Shown here in pieces: positions 1-13,185 of a DNA stretch of 64,000 nucleotides; the first letter of the stretch is position 1, and every line of letters starts with the position of its first letter. Below the pieces are notes generated by a model. The model had not been told where the DNA came from and ran no database searches. It saw only the letters and a list, made by a program, of their open reading frames with translations. Made by a program: the position numbers and the translations under genes. The stretch covers positions 50,654,001-50,718,000 of the forward strand of contig OX597815.1 of assembly GCA_951406725.2 (NCBI GenBank), read 5' to 3'. The stretch is from Octopus vulgaris. Its lineage: Eukaryota.

Positions 1-104
1 CATTCTTGCATAGGTTGGAGGCAGATTTTCCTGTCGCTGGATGCACTTCCTATCACTAACCTTTACCTGAGTAATACCTCATAAGGTAATATATATATGT
101 TCTT

Positions 105-316
105 TTATTCTTTTATTTGTTTCAGTCATTTCACTGCAGCCATGCTGGAGCACCACCTTTAGTCGAACAAATCGACCCTAAGACTAATTCTTTGCAAGCT
201 TAGTACTTATTCTATCAGTCTTTTTTGGCAAACCACTAAGTTTTGCCAAACCACCAACATCAGTTGTCAAGCTATGGTGGGGGGACAAACACAGACACAC
301 AGACATATACATATAC

Positions 317-348
<32 letters not shown>

Positions 349-511
349 GCGACGAGCTTCTTTCAGTTTCCATCTACCAAATGCACTCACAAGGTTTTCG
401 ATGGCCCAAGGCTATAGTAGAAACACTTGCCCAAGGTGCCATGCAGTTGGACTGACCCTGGAACCATGTGGTTGATAAGCAAGCTACTTACCACACAGCC
501 ATTCCTGTGCC
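105..511 (-). mobile_element. tRNA-derived SINE, family A (internal TA/CA microsatellite)
   Basis: Reverse complement matches the copy at 58401-58795 over its length (GTGGTAAGTAGCTTGCTT...GGTTCCAGGGTCAGTCC head; GCTCCAGCATGGC...CAGT..AATGACTGAAACAA tail). Confidence 0.85.
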
Positions 512-537
512 TATATATACACACACACACACATATA

Positions 538-1076
538 GAGGGTGTCCGTAAAGTTACTATACAGTTAGGCCGAAAATAACTCTATGATATGCTTGCTGAG
601 ACATATGTAAGAAGACCAAAGAAATCAATTCGCCGTGGTAGCTCAGAAATTGTTATCAAATGAACATCACTCCATAAAATACTTACAAAATGCAATATGA
701 AACCTCGCATTCTGCACCTAATTCACAGACTTCTGGAGGTTGATCCTGATCACAGGTCTCAATTTTGCAAACAGACTGTAAGTCAAGGAAGCCAAGAAGT
801 ATTGAAGATATTCAGCAGTTCATTATTGATGCATTTGCTAACCTTGATCCAGACCTGCGCACCAAAGTTTGTCACAATGTGCTTGCATATTGTCGAAAAT
901 ACATTGAAGCTAATGGCTCTCAATTTGAACATTTATCATAACTGTAGTAAATGAAATTGAATGCCTATATTGCTACAGTATCTTCTAATGTAATACACAT
1001 ATTTTCTAAAAACCTGTTTAATCTAACCATATTTCTTTATTACAAGTAACTGTACTGTAACTTTACAGACACCCTG
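538..1076 (+). mobile_element. Internally deleted Tc1/mariner-superfamily element with about 30-bp TIRs
   Basis: TIRs GAGGGTGTCCGTAAAGTTACTATACAGTTA and TAACTGTACTGTAACTTTACAGACACCCTG, flanked by TA. Residual transposase-like peptides PKKSIRR...LHKILTKCNMKP...D...RSQFC and C-terminal IEANGSQFEHL. Confidence 0.8.
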
Positions 1077-1524
1077 TATGTATGTATGTACAAATGAGTG
1101 AGTAATTGAAAGAAAAAGGCACACAACATATTTAGTAAGAGTTGCATGTAATACTTAAAACAGTTGATTTGGTTTCATGTGACTTGAAGTTTCCCAGGCC
1201 TCTAACAGAAGCCCATCTTTATCAGGTTTTAGATCACTGAATTTGATTCTAATTACAATTCAGTAATATAATGCATGAAAGAGATGAACTTCTATTAGAG
1301 GCCTGCAAAACATTAAGCCACTTGGAACCAAATTAAACTGTTTAATAATATATATATATATATATAAATATATATATTTTTATTCGTTTCAGCCAAGTGG
1401 CTGCAGTCATGCAGGTGCACCACATGAGGGGGTTGCTGAAAAGATCCTGGCTTTGGGTAAAATAAAATACAGGGGATCAGTTAATTATAATTTTATTCAA
1501 TATATCCCCTTCAAACATAGGATG

Positions 1525-2034
1525 ATGCTCTGAGGGATTAATTCATTATGAGTTAATTCCAGATGATTGAAGTGTTGATGTCAACTTGTTCTTCGAAGAG
1601 CTGGAGTAGATAATAATAATAATAATACTGGTTAATAGAAAGTGAACGCTTGTGCAACAAGACAATGCAAGACCTTATGCTGCTTGAACGGCCTGGCAAA
1701 GTCTAGGAACTTGAGGGAATTGAACTGGTGCCACACCCAGCCTATAGTCTAGATTTAACTTCCACAGATTATTGCTTCTTCCAATCCATGGCTTCCTTTC
1801 AACACTCATGAAGCTTCCTCAACCAAGATGGGGTGGAAGATCCAATGAAGGAATTTATTACCTCAAAGGACAAAAGCTGGCATCAGTATAGGGTCAAAGG
1901 ACTGGCAGAAAGGTAGCTTCAAACAGTGCAACATGATGGCCTCTACTTTGAATGCTAGGCTGCTTTTGTTGTAACTTGACAAATAAACCAAATAATTTAC
2001 CAAAATATTGCAAAACTTTTGACTCAACACTATA
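1525..2034 (+). pseudogene. mariner transposase 3' remnant
   Basis: Degenerate translation IHYELIPD...QQDNARP...VPHPAYSLDLTSTDYCFFQSM...HDGLYFE matches the mariner YSPDLAPSDY motif. TIR-like end CAAAACTTTTGACTCAACACTATA. Confidence 0.8.
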
Positions 2035-3567
2035 TGTGACTGCACCAAACCTCACTTATGCATGTCCTCACATTTTTGCGGATGCTTGTATCAGTAAGTG
2101 TACTCATGACATGCAGCTTGCCTGAGGGCATTTATACATCCATATCTGTTAACAGTTGTTTTTAATACTTTTCTCCCTAGATTGTGTGTTCGTTTCTCTT
2201 TTTGTCATCTGCGATTTCATTTTTGATCTTCTATATAAATGAAGATATTTCCTCCATCTGGCTTGTTTTTCTCTCTTGTTTTTTGTTACATTGTGGAACA
2301 GTCATTTTAATGAGTTATATTTTTTAATTTATTTATCACCCAAAGATATATCTGCACCACCGGATGCTCCCGAACTAGTTTTTGAGTGTCCCACCCAAGA
2401 GGAATCAATGCTAGATATGTTGAAATAATTGTGATTAATAGTGAATTCTTATATATTCCATCTTCTGTCTTTCATTTGTTATATATATATATATATGAAA
2501 TCTCCTACTTTCATTGAATTCTTTAAATGAGTTACTTTTTTCTTCTTTTGTCTGTTTTAAAAGAAAGTCAAAACTGACATTAAAGTAATAACAGAATTAA
2601 TCACACAAGGTATATTAATATTGCTAATCATCAAATCACCAAGTTTATTGTTGTTGTTTCTTAAGCTCAATAAAACCATCTGCTCTGAAAAAGATTTGAC
2701 ATGTGAAATTAATGTGATGTTTTAATTAACTTATTCATAATGTTTCAATCTTTATACAAAGAATATCATAGGACAATAATGAAGAATCAAAACTCACATC
2801 ATTCTACTTCTCAAACTGTAGACCAATGAGTATAAACTTATGTACATATGCATGCATTTATGGTAATCTTGATGAGTAAAACTAAGGAATTTGAGAAGTG
2901 TTTGATAGCTTGGAGAAGGAATGCTTATATTTATGTTACACATGTACATGTGTGTTAGTCTGTGTCTTATCTATGTTATACATGTATATATGTGTGTTTG
3001 TCTCTATCTGTGTGTGCGCATGCATGCGTGTGTGTGTGTGCATGCAGGCATACATGCAATGTGTGTGAGCATGCAAGCGTGCATGCGTACATGGCGTGTG
3101 TGTATGTGTGTATACAAGCATAAATATATGCACACACATTAATATATGTTATGCATTAATCTAAAACATCATGTCACTGAGTTATTTCTGCCAATGGATT
3201 TAGGGGTCGTTAGTTTTTATTTTTATTCCCAATTCAGTGTTGAGAAAAGTATCATATTTGATATAGTTTATATGAAAATCTTACATGTATCATAAAACAC
3301 ATATACGCTTATGTGTATACATAAGGTTGTATACACATGCACACACACGTGCATATGTATATTTATGTATATGTGTATGTGTGTGTGTGTGTGTGTGTGT
3401 GTATGTTTGACAGCAAGTATGATTTAATAGCATATACTATTTAGTAGTATGATGTTTTTGCAAAACTGTTTCTTTGGTGCTTATGCACTTGCAAGAAGAT
3501 ATAGACAGGTAGATCCCCACTCTCAGCCCTTCAGTCCATTTATATGTGTATGCGGTGTGTATGTGTG

Positions 3568-3598
<31 letters not shown>

Positions 3599-3608
3599 AT
3601 GTGTGTGT

Positions 3609-3666
<58 letters not shown>

Positions 3667-3669
<3 letters not shown>

Positions 3670-3985
3670 GGCATACGGCTCAGTGTTTAGACATGAAGAA
3701 GTGAGTTCGATTGCCAGACCAGGCTGTGTGTTGTATTCTTGAGCAAACACTTTATTTCACGTTGCTCCGGTTCACTCAGCTGTAGAAATGAGTTGCGATG
3801 TCACTGGTGTCAAGCTATATTGGCTTTGCCTTTCCTTTGGGTAACATCAGTGTTGTGGAAAGAGGAGATTGGTATGTATAGGTGACTGCTGGTCTTCCAT
3901 AAACAACCTTACCTGGATTTGTGCCTTGGGGGGTAGCTTTCTATATGCAATCCTATGGTCATTCATGACTGAAGGGGTTTTTACT
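3667..3985 (+). mobile_element. tRNA-derived SINE, family C
   Basis: A-box-like GGCTCAGTG and B-box GAGTTCGATT, then TTCTTGAGCAAACACTTTATTTCACGTTGCTCC. Homologous to 48985-49320 (- strand). Confidence 0.75.
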
Positions 3986-3993
3986 CTTTTATA

Positions 3994-5202
3994 TAGACAT
4001 GAAAGAAGTAAATAGACACCCCATGAAACATCGTTTTATGTTTATTCTTATTTGTAAAGGCTTGTATTTCTTATTAATTGGCATTCTTATGCTTCAGGTT
4101 CTATATGTGACTACCTAATCATGCCATGAACAAAAGAAGCCTTGGAGCTGTCTGAATTTCAAACAGGCCATACTGTGGGTCATTCTGAAGGTGAACATAG
4201 CGTAAAGTCACAGAAAACTTTGGGATCCTGTTTTCTACAGTTAATAGAATGATTGTGCAATTCATCAGAGAGGGGAAGGAATCCAGATCAACCAGGGAAC
4301 CTCTGACAAGACCCTTTTTTTTGTTAAGAGAAGTTTGGAGGATAATCCTCGTTGCAAGGCCTCTGACATAGCAGAACAAGTTAATGTCAGTCCCAGAACA
4401 ACTGTCAGGTATCTCCACAAACTTGATTACTATGGCAGTGCAGCAAGATGGAAACCACTTCTTCGACCAGAGCCAACATCAAGCAGAGAAAAGATTGGAC
4501 CAGTGAGGTGGTAGAGAGGCCACTAGCATTTTGGGACACTATCATATTCTCTGATGAATCCAGACTTGCTGTATTACCTAACAGTGGTCGAGTGTTGGTC
4601 TGGAGACTCAATGATCAAGAATTTAATGGGAAAAGATTGCAGCCAACAATGAAACATGGCAGCTATTCTGTGATGGTCTGGAGAGCAATTTGGAGCAATG
4701 GTGGAGTGTGATGGAAACATAAACTCAAATAAATATATGTCCATATTGCAGAAAGCACTCCTTCCAATCTTTTCAAGTGGTGAAATGATTAAGGAAGACT
4801 CTTTATTTATGGAAGATGGGGCTTCTTGTTATATGACTAAAATGACCCATGATTTGTTGGAAGAGAATGGCATTAAAAAGTTTCCATGGCCAAGCCAGTC
4901 ACCAGATATGAACCCTATTGAAAACCTCTGTGGCATAATGGACAGGACACTTCATAAAAAGAACAAGAGAGCAGCTTCAAAGCCAAATCTTTTGAGATTA
5001 CTGCATGAAACTTGGCAAGAAATTTTACAAGAGAATATTCATCATCTGATCATTAACATGCCTAATAGAGTCCTTGCATTGAAGAAAACAAAGGGCATGT
5101 CTACTAAATATTAAATATTCACATTATAATTTGAATGCACTATTTCAGATTTAAATAAATTTTTATGATTATAAGTGTGTCTATTTACTTCTGTCATGTC
5201 TG
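3994..5202 (+). mobile_element. Tc1-like DNA transposon, about 1.2 kb, near full length
   Basis: 26-bp TIRs TAGACATGAAAGAAGTAAATAGACAC (3994) and GTGTCTATTTACTTCTGTCATGTCTG (5177-5202). TA on the left, TG on the right. Confidence 0.9.
4120..5114 (+). pseudogene. Tc1 transposase pseudogene (DD34E), frameshifted
   Basis: ORF fragments 4448-4711 (W..IIFSDES...PTMKHGSYSVMVW) and 4698-5114 (MEDGA...WPSQSPDMNPIENL). 34 residues lie between the second D and the E. Early stop and frameshifts. Confidence 0.9.
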
Positions 5203-5206
5203 TGTA

Positions 5207-6060
5207 TCATCATCATCATCATCATTCATTTAGCGTCCGTTTTCCATGCTAGCATGGGTTGGACGGTTCAACTGGGGTCTGGGGAGCCCGAAGGCTGCAC
5301 CAGGCCAGTCAGATCTGGCAGTGTTTCTACAGCTGGATGCCCTTCCTAACGCCAACCACTCCGAGAGTGTAGTGGGTGATTTTATGTGCCACCGACACAG
5401 GTGGCAGACGAGGCTGGCGAACGGCCACGCTCGGATGGTGTTTTTTATGTGCCACCGACACAGGTGCCAGATGAGGCTGGCAGACGGCCACGCTCGGATG
5501 GTGTTTTTATGTGCCACCGACACAGGTGCCAGATGAGGCTGGCGAACGGCCACGATCGGATGGTGTTTGTTACGTGCCTGCAGCACAGAGGCCAGTCGAT
5601 GCGGTACTGGCTACGGCCACGTTCGGATGGTTTTCTTGTGTGCCTCCGGCACTGGTACCACAAAGATACAAATTCCATTGATGTTCATCTATTTTGATTT
5701 GTTTTGATTGATTTTCACTTGCCTCAACAGGTCTTCACAAGTGTCACAAGAAGGAAGGTATGCACAGGTGGACTGACTACGTCCCAGGTAGGGGCCACGG
5801 GTTATGGCCTGACTAGTCTTGCCGGGTCTTCAGATGGTGTTTTTATGTGCCACCGACACAGGTGCCAGATGAGGCTGGCGAAACGGCCATGATCGGATGG
5901 TGTTTGTTACTTGCCCACAGCACGGAGGCCAGTCGATGCGGTACTGGCTACGGCCACGTTCGGATAGTTTTCTTGTGTGCCACCGGCACTGGTACCACAA
6001 AGATACAAATTCCATTGATGTTCATCTATTTTGATTTGTTTTGATTTGATTTGATTTGAT
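5207..6060 (-). mobile_element. RTE-type LINE/SINE 3' tail with internal tandem repeats and (GAT)n tail
   Basis: 5207-5365 is nearly identical to 36888-37045 and related to 38810-39222. It ends in a CAT repeat tail and retains CpGs, so it is probably young. Confidence 0.75.
5380..6040. repeat. About 63-bp tandem repeat (3 close units plus variants) with a duplicated block of about 200 bp
   Basis: Unit TTTTATGTGCCACCGACACAGGTGCCAGATGAGGCTGGCGAACGGCCACGCTCGGATGGTG at about 5380, 5443, 5506 and 5841. The block at about 5500-5705 recurs at about 5834-6045. Confidence 0.9.
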
Positions 6061-6066
6061 TTGTAC

Positions 6067-6112
<46 letters not shown>

Positions 6113-6170
6113 TATACAGAGAGAGAGAGAGAGAATCAACAAGAAAAGCACTCAATCCAGTGAGAGATAA

Positions 6171-6405
6171 ATATCAATTTAAAACATTATCGAAAGAGCT
6201 ACTGATAGTTTCATGCTGTTATGATACTTGAACTGGCATATTTATATAATACGCCATGTATCTTAAAGTAATCTTTCAGGCTCTGTTTATAATCATTGCT
6301 TTAAGATACATGCATGCCATATTTTATGAATAAGCCTGTTCAAGCAAGTATCATAATAGCATGAAACTATTGGGAGCTCTTTTTGTTGTGTATTTAAATT
6401 GATAT
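6171..6405. repeat. Imperfect inverted repeat (about 100-bp arms), Penelope pLTR-like
   Basis: 6171-6270 is the reverse complement of about 6296-6405 (ATATCAATTTAAA/TTTAAATTGATAT; ATAGTTTCATGCT/AGCATGAAACTAT; ATGATACTTG/CAAGTATCAT). Confidence 0.85.
6196..6283 (-). ncRNA. Degenerate type I hammerhead ribozyme motif
   Basis: GAGC CUGAAAGA [long stem II with GAUAC/GUAUC and UGGCGUAUU/AAUAUGCCA] GAA ACU-AUC-AGU A GCUC. Extra A in the core and a damaged stem II base. Confidence 0.55.
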
Positions 6406-6774
6406 ATATATATATATCTTTATATCCAATTTAACGTGGATGTCTTGTTAGAATGTTGAATACTGCTTTATTAGCTTTCAGTGATCCTCTCATATAGATG
6501 CATGGTGCAGAAGAGCAGAAGATTTGCAAATCTACCCAATACACCTATCTATCCCTATCTCTTTTCCTCTTAAAACCCTTTCCACATTTCCTTTTAAAGA
6601 ACCTCACACTAACAAGTTTACCCATTCTTATCAACTAGAATGAAAATCCTCTAGAATGGCCTTTTCATTCACATTTCTCCAACAGTGGCAGACTCAGATC
6701 CTAAAACTGAACACCAACAAAATCAATCTCACTAGTTTGGTTTTGGTGGGGAGACGACTGTGACTGACATCTTT

Positions 6775-7009
6775 TATCTTTATTCTTCAACTTGTCTCAG
6801 TCGTTTGACTGTGGCCATACTGGAGCACTGCCTTGTAATTTTAATCTAATATAATGATCCCTAGGACTTATTGCTTTAAAGTCTAATACTTAGTCTATCA
6901 GTCTCTTTTGCTGAACCACTAAGTTACAAGTTACAGGGATATAAACACACCAGCACTGGTTATCAAGTGGGTGGAGAGACAAACACACACACATATTCAT
7001 ACATACATG

Positions 7010-7044
<35 letters not shown>

Positions 7045-7048
7045 GTGC

Positions 7049-7081
<33 letters not shown>

Positions 7082-7495
7082 CCAATACATATATACATAT
7101 ATAGGTTAGTAGAGTTAGAGCTTGGAATAACCATCTAAGGTATAAAAGTATCCGTTATACTACCGGTATAATTACCTATGTTAACCCTGGATATACATAT
7201 GCAAGCATATTATGCTCATAGATAACAGGTAATGACAAAGATAAACATGAGTCTATCAGGAATCAAATTTAAAGTAAACAGAAAATAGAGAAATACTTCT
7301 CCATTTTCTGTTTACGTTAGATTTTATATACATACATACATACATACATATATATATATACGTTATAGATATCTATAAGATTCTTTCAGTTTCTACCGAA
7401 TCCACTCACAAGGTTTTGGTTCACCTGAGGTTATAGCCAAGGTACCACATATTGGAACCCAAAACCATGTGGTTGAGAAGCAAGCTTCTTACCAA
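6775..7495 (-). mobile_element. SINE family A, interrupted by microsatellite and inserted sequence
   Basis: 3' part at 6775-6990 and head at 7380-7495 both match family A. Confidence 0.7.
7265..7324. repeat. 28-bp-arm hairpin
   Basis: AAATTTAAAGTAAACAGAAAATAGAGAA-ATAC-TTCTCCATTTTCTGTTTACGTTAGATTT. Confidence 0.8.
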
Positions 7496-7861
7496 AACCA
7501 TAAAAAAAACATACAAATATAAAATCTATGACTCTGTTAAAGATTCCTGTTAACAAGAATGTACAAAACTATATTAAACAGAAAACATTTCTATAAACAA
7601 CGTCCATAGAACTTCAGAGAAACGGCACTGTGAAAACAGTTTGATCCAACATCAACAAACAAATCTTTGTAATTACAGAACGCTAATTCTAAATAAATAT
7701 AATCAATTTTAATGAAAGTTGAAATGTTATAGCTTGATGCGTTTGCAACAGCCACTCAACAAGGAAGCTTCTACATGGTTGCTCTCTCAGCAAAAACAAT
7801 ATTCAAATCACCCTGAAATCATAACTTATAGTTAAATAATATAAAGTAGTCCAACATATCC

Positions 7862-8068
7862 TTAACTCTTTAGCATTCAAATTATTTTGTCAAATGTAAT
7901 GCTTATTTATTCACATTGCTTTGAATTAATCATGCATTATCTTGAAACTTCAAGATTTTGGTTATGTGATTGTTTGTTTTTCAGAGGGACTTTGTAGAGT
8001 AGGTGTTAAAGGCAGGATCTGATCAGAATATTTGGACCAGATATGGCCAGTTTAAATGCTAGAGTTAA
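7862..8068. mobile_element. piggyBac-like MITE
   Basis: TTAA-CTCTTTAGCATTCAAA ... TTTAAATGCTAGAG-TTAA: imperfect TIRs bounded by TTAA. Confidence 0.65.
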
Positions 8069-9889
8069 AAATAAGAGATGGTAACAGCTAGAATACTTTT
8101 GACCATAGTTCTGCTTAATGAAGGCAGAGCACCAGGGGAACAGCAACAACCATGATTTATCTTAAGAATTACATAAAAAGAAATCATCTCAGATATTTAT
8201 ATAAAAGTCCTAGGCTATATAATGTAACTGCTTCACATTTTGAAGATTGTGCCTTTTTCTTTCTTCATGAAAAGATATTCACAGATTTTTTGGCAATATT
8301 TCAACCAAAGATTGTAAATCAGGATTGTAGTTTAAATTTAATTTCTTGGAGTATTTTTGTGAATTATGTCTCTCTTCCAATTAGAAATTTCATAGAAAGA
8401 AACAACAAAGATATGAATATAAGATCAAGTTATTTGTTAGATACAGTATGATTTTTTTTTCTTTTTTGAAGTTAACACTCTTGTTATTTCTAAATACTTG
8501 GAGGAAAAATATCAAGTTGAATCTTGCCATACTGATATAATCATTCATGTAAGACATTCTATCCATTAATTTCATCTTGTTAGATTAATGGCTCTGAGAA
8601 ATTTATTTGGAGAAGGAAATTAAAAAGAACAAGTAATGCCATTTGTACTGAAAAAAAAAAATAATAATAAAACAGTTTTGAAATGAATAAAATTTTCACA
8701 TGTGGAACTGTGTTTCATAGAAAAAGACAAAATTCCTGAGGTTCAAGAAAAATTATATTTCAACACAAAGAGAAAAAACAAGAACAAATCTAAAAGTAGA
8801 TTACACTTTGGAAAATGTTTATAATGTAAGGACTTGGCATAAAATGAAATAAGAAATCACTGCAATGATACTCATGAATAATTTTTTTTTATGTATATGT
8901 ATGACTTATTTTCTTTTATTTATTTATTTTAATTATTCAGTTAGAAGACATAACCAAAGCCAACATGTTCAATCACTGTTATTTTAGAAATGAAATTTGC
9001 TAAAAAAGGAAAAGTAAAATATATTATATTACCCGCTTTCATATGATTATTACTAGGGATTAGAAGAATTCTTACAGAAATCACTTAGTATGCATATAAA
9101 ATATTTTTTCTTGTAGTATAATCAATAAAATGATGATCACGTCAGTGTAATGCTTGAATGAAAATAAAATTATCTTATTTAAATCATCATGAACATCAAT
9201 AGCAACAATGACATCATTACCTTTATTTTAACCTCTTTTATCGAAGAAATCTTCATATTTTTAATCTTTTTTATTTATTTACTTTTTGTTTTATTTTGTT
9301 TTCCCTTCTGATGGCATCAGTTCAACAGGTATCTTCGTTTTCTTTTTCTCTGTTTCCTTAGTTATCATTCCTTCATATCACTTTTTATTCAAGTTTGTCT
9401 TGATATATACATCAGCCTCAGTTACCATAAATCTCCAACCCTCATAAATCTAATGATTTAGTTGTTGTTCATGCTGTTTGATTTTATCAATTTTCAAAGC
9501 ATATCTACAAGTGCAAGAACAGCCAAGTGGTTTTTGGTTCAATCCCACTGTGATACCATGGGCTGGCGTATTTTATAATAACCTTGGGTTGACCATTACC
9601 TTCCGAATGTTGATGATAGTTTTTCTTCAGTTCTGGCAAATGTGAAAGATATTGTTTTTTTTTAACCTCAGATTAGCTCAAATCAAGCAGTTCTATGGCC
9701 ATAGGCATTTAAGCAATGACCATTCTGCTTTTTATTCAAATATGATGTTCTATTTTTAATTTTTTTTTTTGACGCTGTAGGTTGTGATTTCAATGAACAT
9801 TTGACTGTTATTTCAAACAGATTAAGTAACCATGTAAAGACTCCAGCTCTCGCCTTATTTTATGTGAAACACATGACATATAAATGGGA

Positions 9890-10130
9890 TATGTGGTGGA
9901 GGTGGTAGTGCTCATGATGATGATGATAATGGTGTCTATGATGATGATAATGATGACTACGACAATGACAACTGCTAATGTCGATGATGATGACGATGAT
10001 GATGATGATGATGATGATGACGACGACGACGACGACGAGGATGATGATGATGACAATGATAATAAAGATGAGGAAGAAACAAAGGAACTACAAGAGGAGG
10101 AAAAAGAAGAAATGAAGAAAGAAAATAGGG
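9890..10130. repeat. Compound GAT/GAC/GAA trinucleotide repeat
   Basis: Seen directly. Source of the poly-D and poly-S ORFs. Confidence 0.95.
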
Positions 10131-11099
10131 GGTGGGTGATTTTTAATGGTGATGGTCATAGTGAAGAATAGGAAACAGTATGGAGGTTAGCACGAGGCCA
10201 ACCATGTGTTGAGAATTTTGATTCAGTACGAATCACTGAAGTAAATCTTAAATGCACTTATAGAAACTGCTGTTGTCTTAGCCGAAATAAATTTATTACC
10301 AGAAAGAGGAAATGTGGTGAATAGAAATTGTTTGAAATACAATGTTAGGAAGAAGAAAGCTATCTCTTCTCTGAAGACATTTAGGTAGATAGTTAACATT
10401 TAGACTATTGTTGAACATTGTAAATGATTAAAGATTAAGATAGTTTGAAAGTAATTTGACTGTACATTCTATTGATTGGTTGCGTGTGGTTAATTGAATG
10501 TAAAAGATTTTTCTTTGTTAATCAACTGTAAATCTGTTTAAGACCAATATAGAAATCATTTAATCATTCATTCATCGAGAAATAAGAAACAATTAAGTAT
10601 TTACACAGAAAAACTTTATTTTTTTTTATATATATTTTTCTTAAAAATAAGGAATATGGTTTTATGGTTTTTCATTTGTTCGAAACATTATGAAGATATT
10701 TTCTATAACACTAAACACAATGCCATTTGGATTTTAAGGAAACAGAAAACAAAAAGATGCACACAAGGAAATGTTTTAAAATAAAGTAAATTAAGAATTA
10801 AAATATATTTCTATCATCCTGAGGATAAGGAGAAGAAAAAAGGTAGTGTAAAAGAATGCGAAAAAAAAGGTAAGCATCAATATAGGTGAAATTTATTAAA
10901 CAGTATAAGTGGATAATTTGGCCAAACTAGCAGAATTAGATATGCTAGTTAAAGTTAAAATATGCATAAAATTGCTTCAATAAAGTAATAGATATTATAC
11001 ACAAACATATCTGTGTACTTATGTATGTATATGTGTTCTAAGTTTTAGGCTTCAGTTTTGTGTCAAGGTAAGAGTAATTTATCCAAATTTATCCAAATT

Positions 11100-11506
11100 A
11101 TAGTGGTAATACAAATGGCCTCCCAGTTGCAACCCTCCTGAGCCAAGAATTGATCACAGTCTCCAGCAGCCATCTGAATTGAGCCAAAGGCTCTGTTCAA
11201 AGAAGTGGGGATGAATTCTAGTGTGCAGACATAATCAGAGCAACTGCTGTGTCCTTTCCTACAAGGTATGGCTTCGTAGTCTCTGTTGTTGCTGTCCATG
11301 TCAGAGCATTGAGCAGCAAATATAATGTTTGCATTTTGATACTTGATGCAAATCATCATGATACTCTTTTCCAATATTCAGAAGGCTTCCAGTTCTCCAT
11401 GTCAGTTCCCAACTACAACTTGAATACCATTGATTGGTCACCAACACATCAAATTGTTTCTGAAAAAAATGGAACATAAAAACGTCAAATTTAGTCTGAA
11501 CACCTG
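11100..11506 (-). mobile_element. Deleted Tc1/mariner (maT-like) element, 5' end
   Basis: TA-CAGGTGTTCAGACTAAATTTGACG end on the - strand, then frameshifted MENWKPSEYWK/SIMMICI...DYEAIPCRKGHS and TVINSWLRRVATGRP. Confidence 0.55.
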
Positions 11507-11572
11507 TATATACGTATGTATGAATGTCTGTATGTATGTATGTATAAATATATGTATTTATGTATATATATG

Positions 11573-11623
<51 letters not shown>

Positions 11624-12609
11624 TTTTATATATATATATATATACATATATAGATGATAAGCTTCCGCACAGCTTATGGCTACCAAATTCACTCACAAAG
11701 CATTGATCAGCCCAGGACTATAGTAGCAGACTATTGCTCAAGATACTGCTCAGTGGAACAGAATCTAAAACCATGCAGCTGTGGAGCCAGCCAGGCCTGT
11801 GTCAACGATATAAATTCTTGGTTTTGTTAAGCTTCATACTTACAAAAATGCCAGATCAATATGGATAGTATACCTCACAGTATTTTGTTCTGTTCTATTA
11901 TATTCAGTTTTTTTTTCCACAAAATGTATGGAGTTGAGCCTGACTTAGAAATGATCATTATAATTTTTCATTACAATTAGACAAGTGAATGTTAATCATA
12001 TCTTGATAAACAATTTTTTTTACTTAGCTCCTGTTCAATCCAGAGCAAATAGATATCTATCTTCAGTGACATTCCAGCTATGGCTATTTTGTCTTTTTAA
12101 TTGTGTAGGAGTACATTGTTTAGTGTTTCTCACTTTTTTGAGCACAAGAGGATGAGCTTTGTGAAAGAACTGGCTGCTATTTTTAGCTGTTCAAGAGAGT
12201 ATGTAGAAACTTCTTCATTGGGCAGCCATTTGACAAGTAGAACAGGCTTATTGATTTTTAATTGCTTGGCATGAAATCTAAGTAATCATTGTCTAATGAA
12301 TATTCTGCATAAAATTTAACTTCTATATACTTGAAATTAGATCTTGTATATTATCTTGAATATACCATATTAAAACTTGGAAGAAGTAAATTAGTCATAT
12401 GCTGATTCTTTAGTCATTAGTTCCAGCTTTATGTCCAACTTCTATCATTTCCTTCTCTCTTGAACTATTCCCATTCTTTGTTACATAGCAGTGCACAAAG
12501 TAGTCAAAGAGAAAGAATGTATTTGACTAAACTAACAGGAAATAATATGACTTCCTGCAATGGAACAAACCTGCACATTTTTGGGAGAATGACTTAGGTG
12601 AACTATACC

Positions 12610-13185
12610 AATTTCACAAATTCACTTGTATTTATTTCATCAACTCTGGGAATACAAGGAATTAAAATTAACATCAGCGAGATTTGAACTCAAAATGTAA
12701 AAGCTGTAACTAACTACACATAATATTTTGTCTAGCATTCTACTGATTCTGCCATTTTGCTTCCCTTTAATGAACTTAAAACTATTCTTTCAGCTCTAAG
12801 TACAGGGCCTAAAATTTTAGGGGAGAGGATTAAGTTGATTACAGTACTCAACTTTTGCTCATTCTATTTTATCAACCCTGAAAGTATGAACATCAAAGTT
12901 GACCTTGACAGAATTTGAACTTAGAACATAAAGAACCAGAAGTGTCACTAAGCATTTTTGTCCAACATGCTTACAATTCTCCTTTCTTCTATAGGCACAA
13001 GGCTTGAAATTTGGTGGTTGGAAGAGGCCAGTCGATTACTGGTACTTATTTTATTGACCCACCTCACAAAGGATGAAAGACAAAGTCGACCCCAGTGGAA
13101 TTTGAACTCAGAACATAATGATGGGTGAAATACTACTTAGCATTCTGTCCAGTTTGCTAACGATTCTGCCAGATCGCTGCCTTAA
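12610..13185 (-). mobile_element. Three tandem SINE family B copies (CORE-SINE-like)
   Basis: GAATTTGAACTCAGAAC and AAAGTCGACC motifs recur at about 12680, 12910 and 13090, with the best copy at 12985-13185. Confidence 0.75.

Noticed and set aside
5380-5900. CAGATGAGGCTGGCGAA(A)C in the 63-bp units as tandem hammerheads, or the array as a CRISPR
   Set aside because: U4 is replaced by A, there is no viable stem II or III, and a competing GCCAG/CTGGC hairpin forms. The units have no unique spacers and there are no cas genes.
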